From assembly GCA_051362555.1 (NCBI GenBank), contig CM120640.1:45486788-45550787 (forward strand): DNA of 64,000 bases, in the 5' to 3' direction. This document shows, in pieces, positions 63,118 through 64,000 of this stretch. A model generated the notes under the pieces. It worked only from the letters and a program-made list of their open reading frames with translations, made no database searches and had not been told where the DNA came from. Made by a program: the position numbers and the translations under genes. Each line of letters starts with the position of its first letter. Position 1 is the first letter of the stretch. This DNA is from Lingula anatina (taxonomy: Eukaryota; Animalia; Brachiopoda).

Positions 63118-64000
63118 CTAAATATGAATGCACCATGTGTAGGTAGTCTTAGAGATCAAATAAAATGTCAATATCGAGTCTGATTTTTTAGGAATTCTTT
63201 GGGTGAATTTAAAGCAATTTGTTGACTAGTCTTACTAGTACTCATAACATCACATCGCTACTTACGTTATCTGGGCCAATTCTAAACTATATCAAAGAAC
63301 ATGTACTTTAAACATACGCGTCTCTCAGCTCACTTAAAAGCGTTTTCTGCTTTGAAAAACTTAACCTTGGACAAATAGGTTCATGTGCTAAAAACGTACC
63401 TTCGAACCTGCTCGCAAAATGTCAACCGTGTCCACTATTTATTACTAGCGCGTGAAGTACGTCATGTCATATTAAAGAGACATGTGCATCTTTTCTCAGC
63501 ACACATATTGTCACCCTTGGTCACAAAGGTGTATTGCAGGGTTCACTGTGATCTATATTAGCGTATGCGATTATATAAGACACGTGACACAATATTGCTG
63601 GTGAAATAGGCTATTAAGATGAGACCGTTTATCAAATATTGTCCTTACGAGTAAGGACGAAAAAGAAACCCAACACAGTGTTGACATTTACACATCTAAG
63701 TCACAGTTTATTGCCTTACGTATACAAAATAATACCGGTGAACGTGATATTTTACTAAAGTCAATTTTTCTCTTATAGATTGTCGCTCAGTTTCAGTTAA
63801 ACTAAAGTAACAAATGTGCGTCCTTGCCAAGCTGCCAAAGTTTTTTACGATGCCAAAATCTGTGCCAGCTTTCTTGTGTAATAGAACGGAGCTCTAAGAT
63901 TCCCGTAGTAACTCCCAAGTGATTTGGTCTGGGAGAGAGTCAGCTGGGTAAATCTGTTAAGGGCGTTGGTCATTTGTGTCCTTATTCTGGTCAGCTCAAG

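Noticed and set aside
63266-63281. Possible 16-nt upstream microexon of the MACPF-like gene
   Set aside because: Splice signals are present, but it cannot be chained to a start within the window.
1-64000. tRNA, rRNA or intronic snoRNA genes
   Set aside because: No cloverleaf, rRNA segment or convincing C/D or H/ACA box pair with terminal stem seen by eye; a covariance search could still find some.

Overview
AT-rich, intron-rich animal genomic DNA, probably a marine invertebrate; the taxon cannot be fixed from sequence alone. Most ORF-track entries are intronic noise. Hand-splicing at GT-AG sites with consistent phases gives five genes. (1) ELL, the RNA polymerase II elongation factor (- strand, 12 coding exons, ~560 aa, 8989-28628). 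(2) An unnamed ~1179-aa type I transmembrane mucin (+ strand, 20 exons, 32148-40390): signal peptide, three near-identical copies of an uncharacterised beta-rich domain between Thr/Pro stalks, a SEA domain with a G|SIVV site, an Ig domain, a TM helix and a very Lys-rich tail. (3) An unnamed ~585-630-aa low-complexity protein (+ strand, 42925-54365) with candidate alternative first exons, microexons and RFX-like boxes. (4) RIIAD1 (- strand, 4 exons, 115 aa). (5) A compact stonustoxin-like MACPF/CDC-type protein (- strand, at least 9 exons, 5' end unresolved). Non-coding DNA holds a 4.2-kb Helentron/DINE-1-like element carrying a ~162-bp satellite array and a nested 185-bp element of the same design, several MITEs, a 31-bp minisatellite and a duplicated, possibly structured 72-bp intronic motif. 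All gene models are manual and unconfirmed by transcripts.
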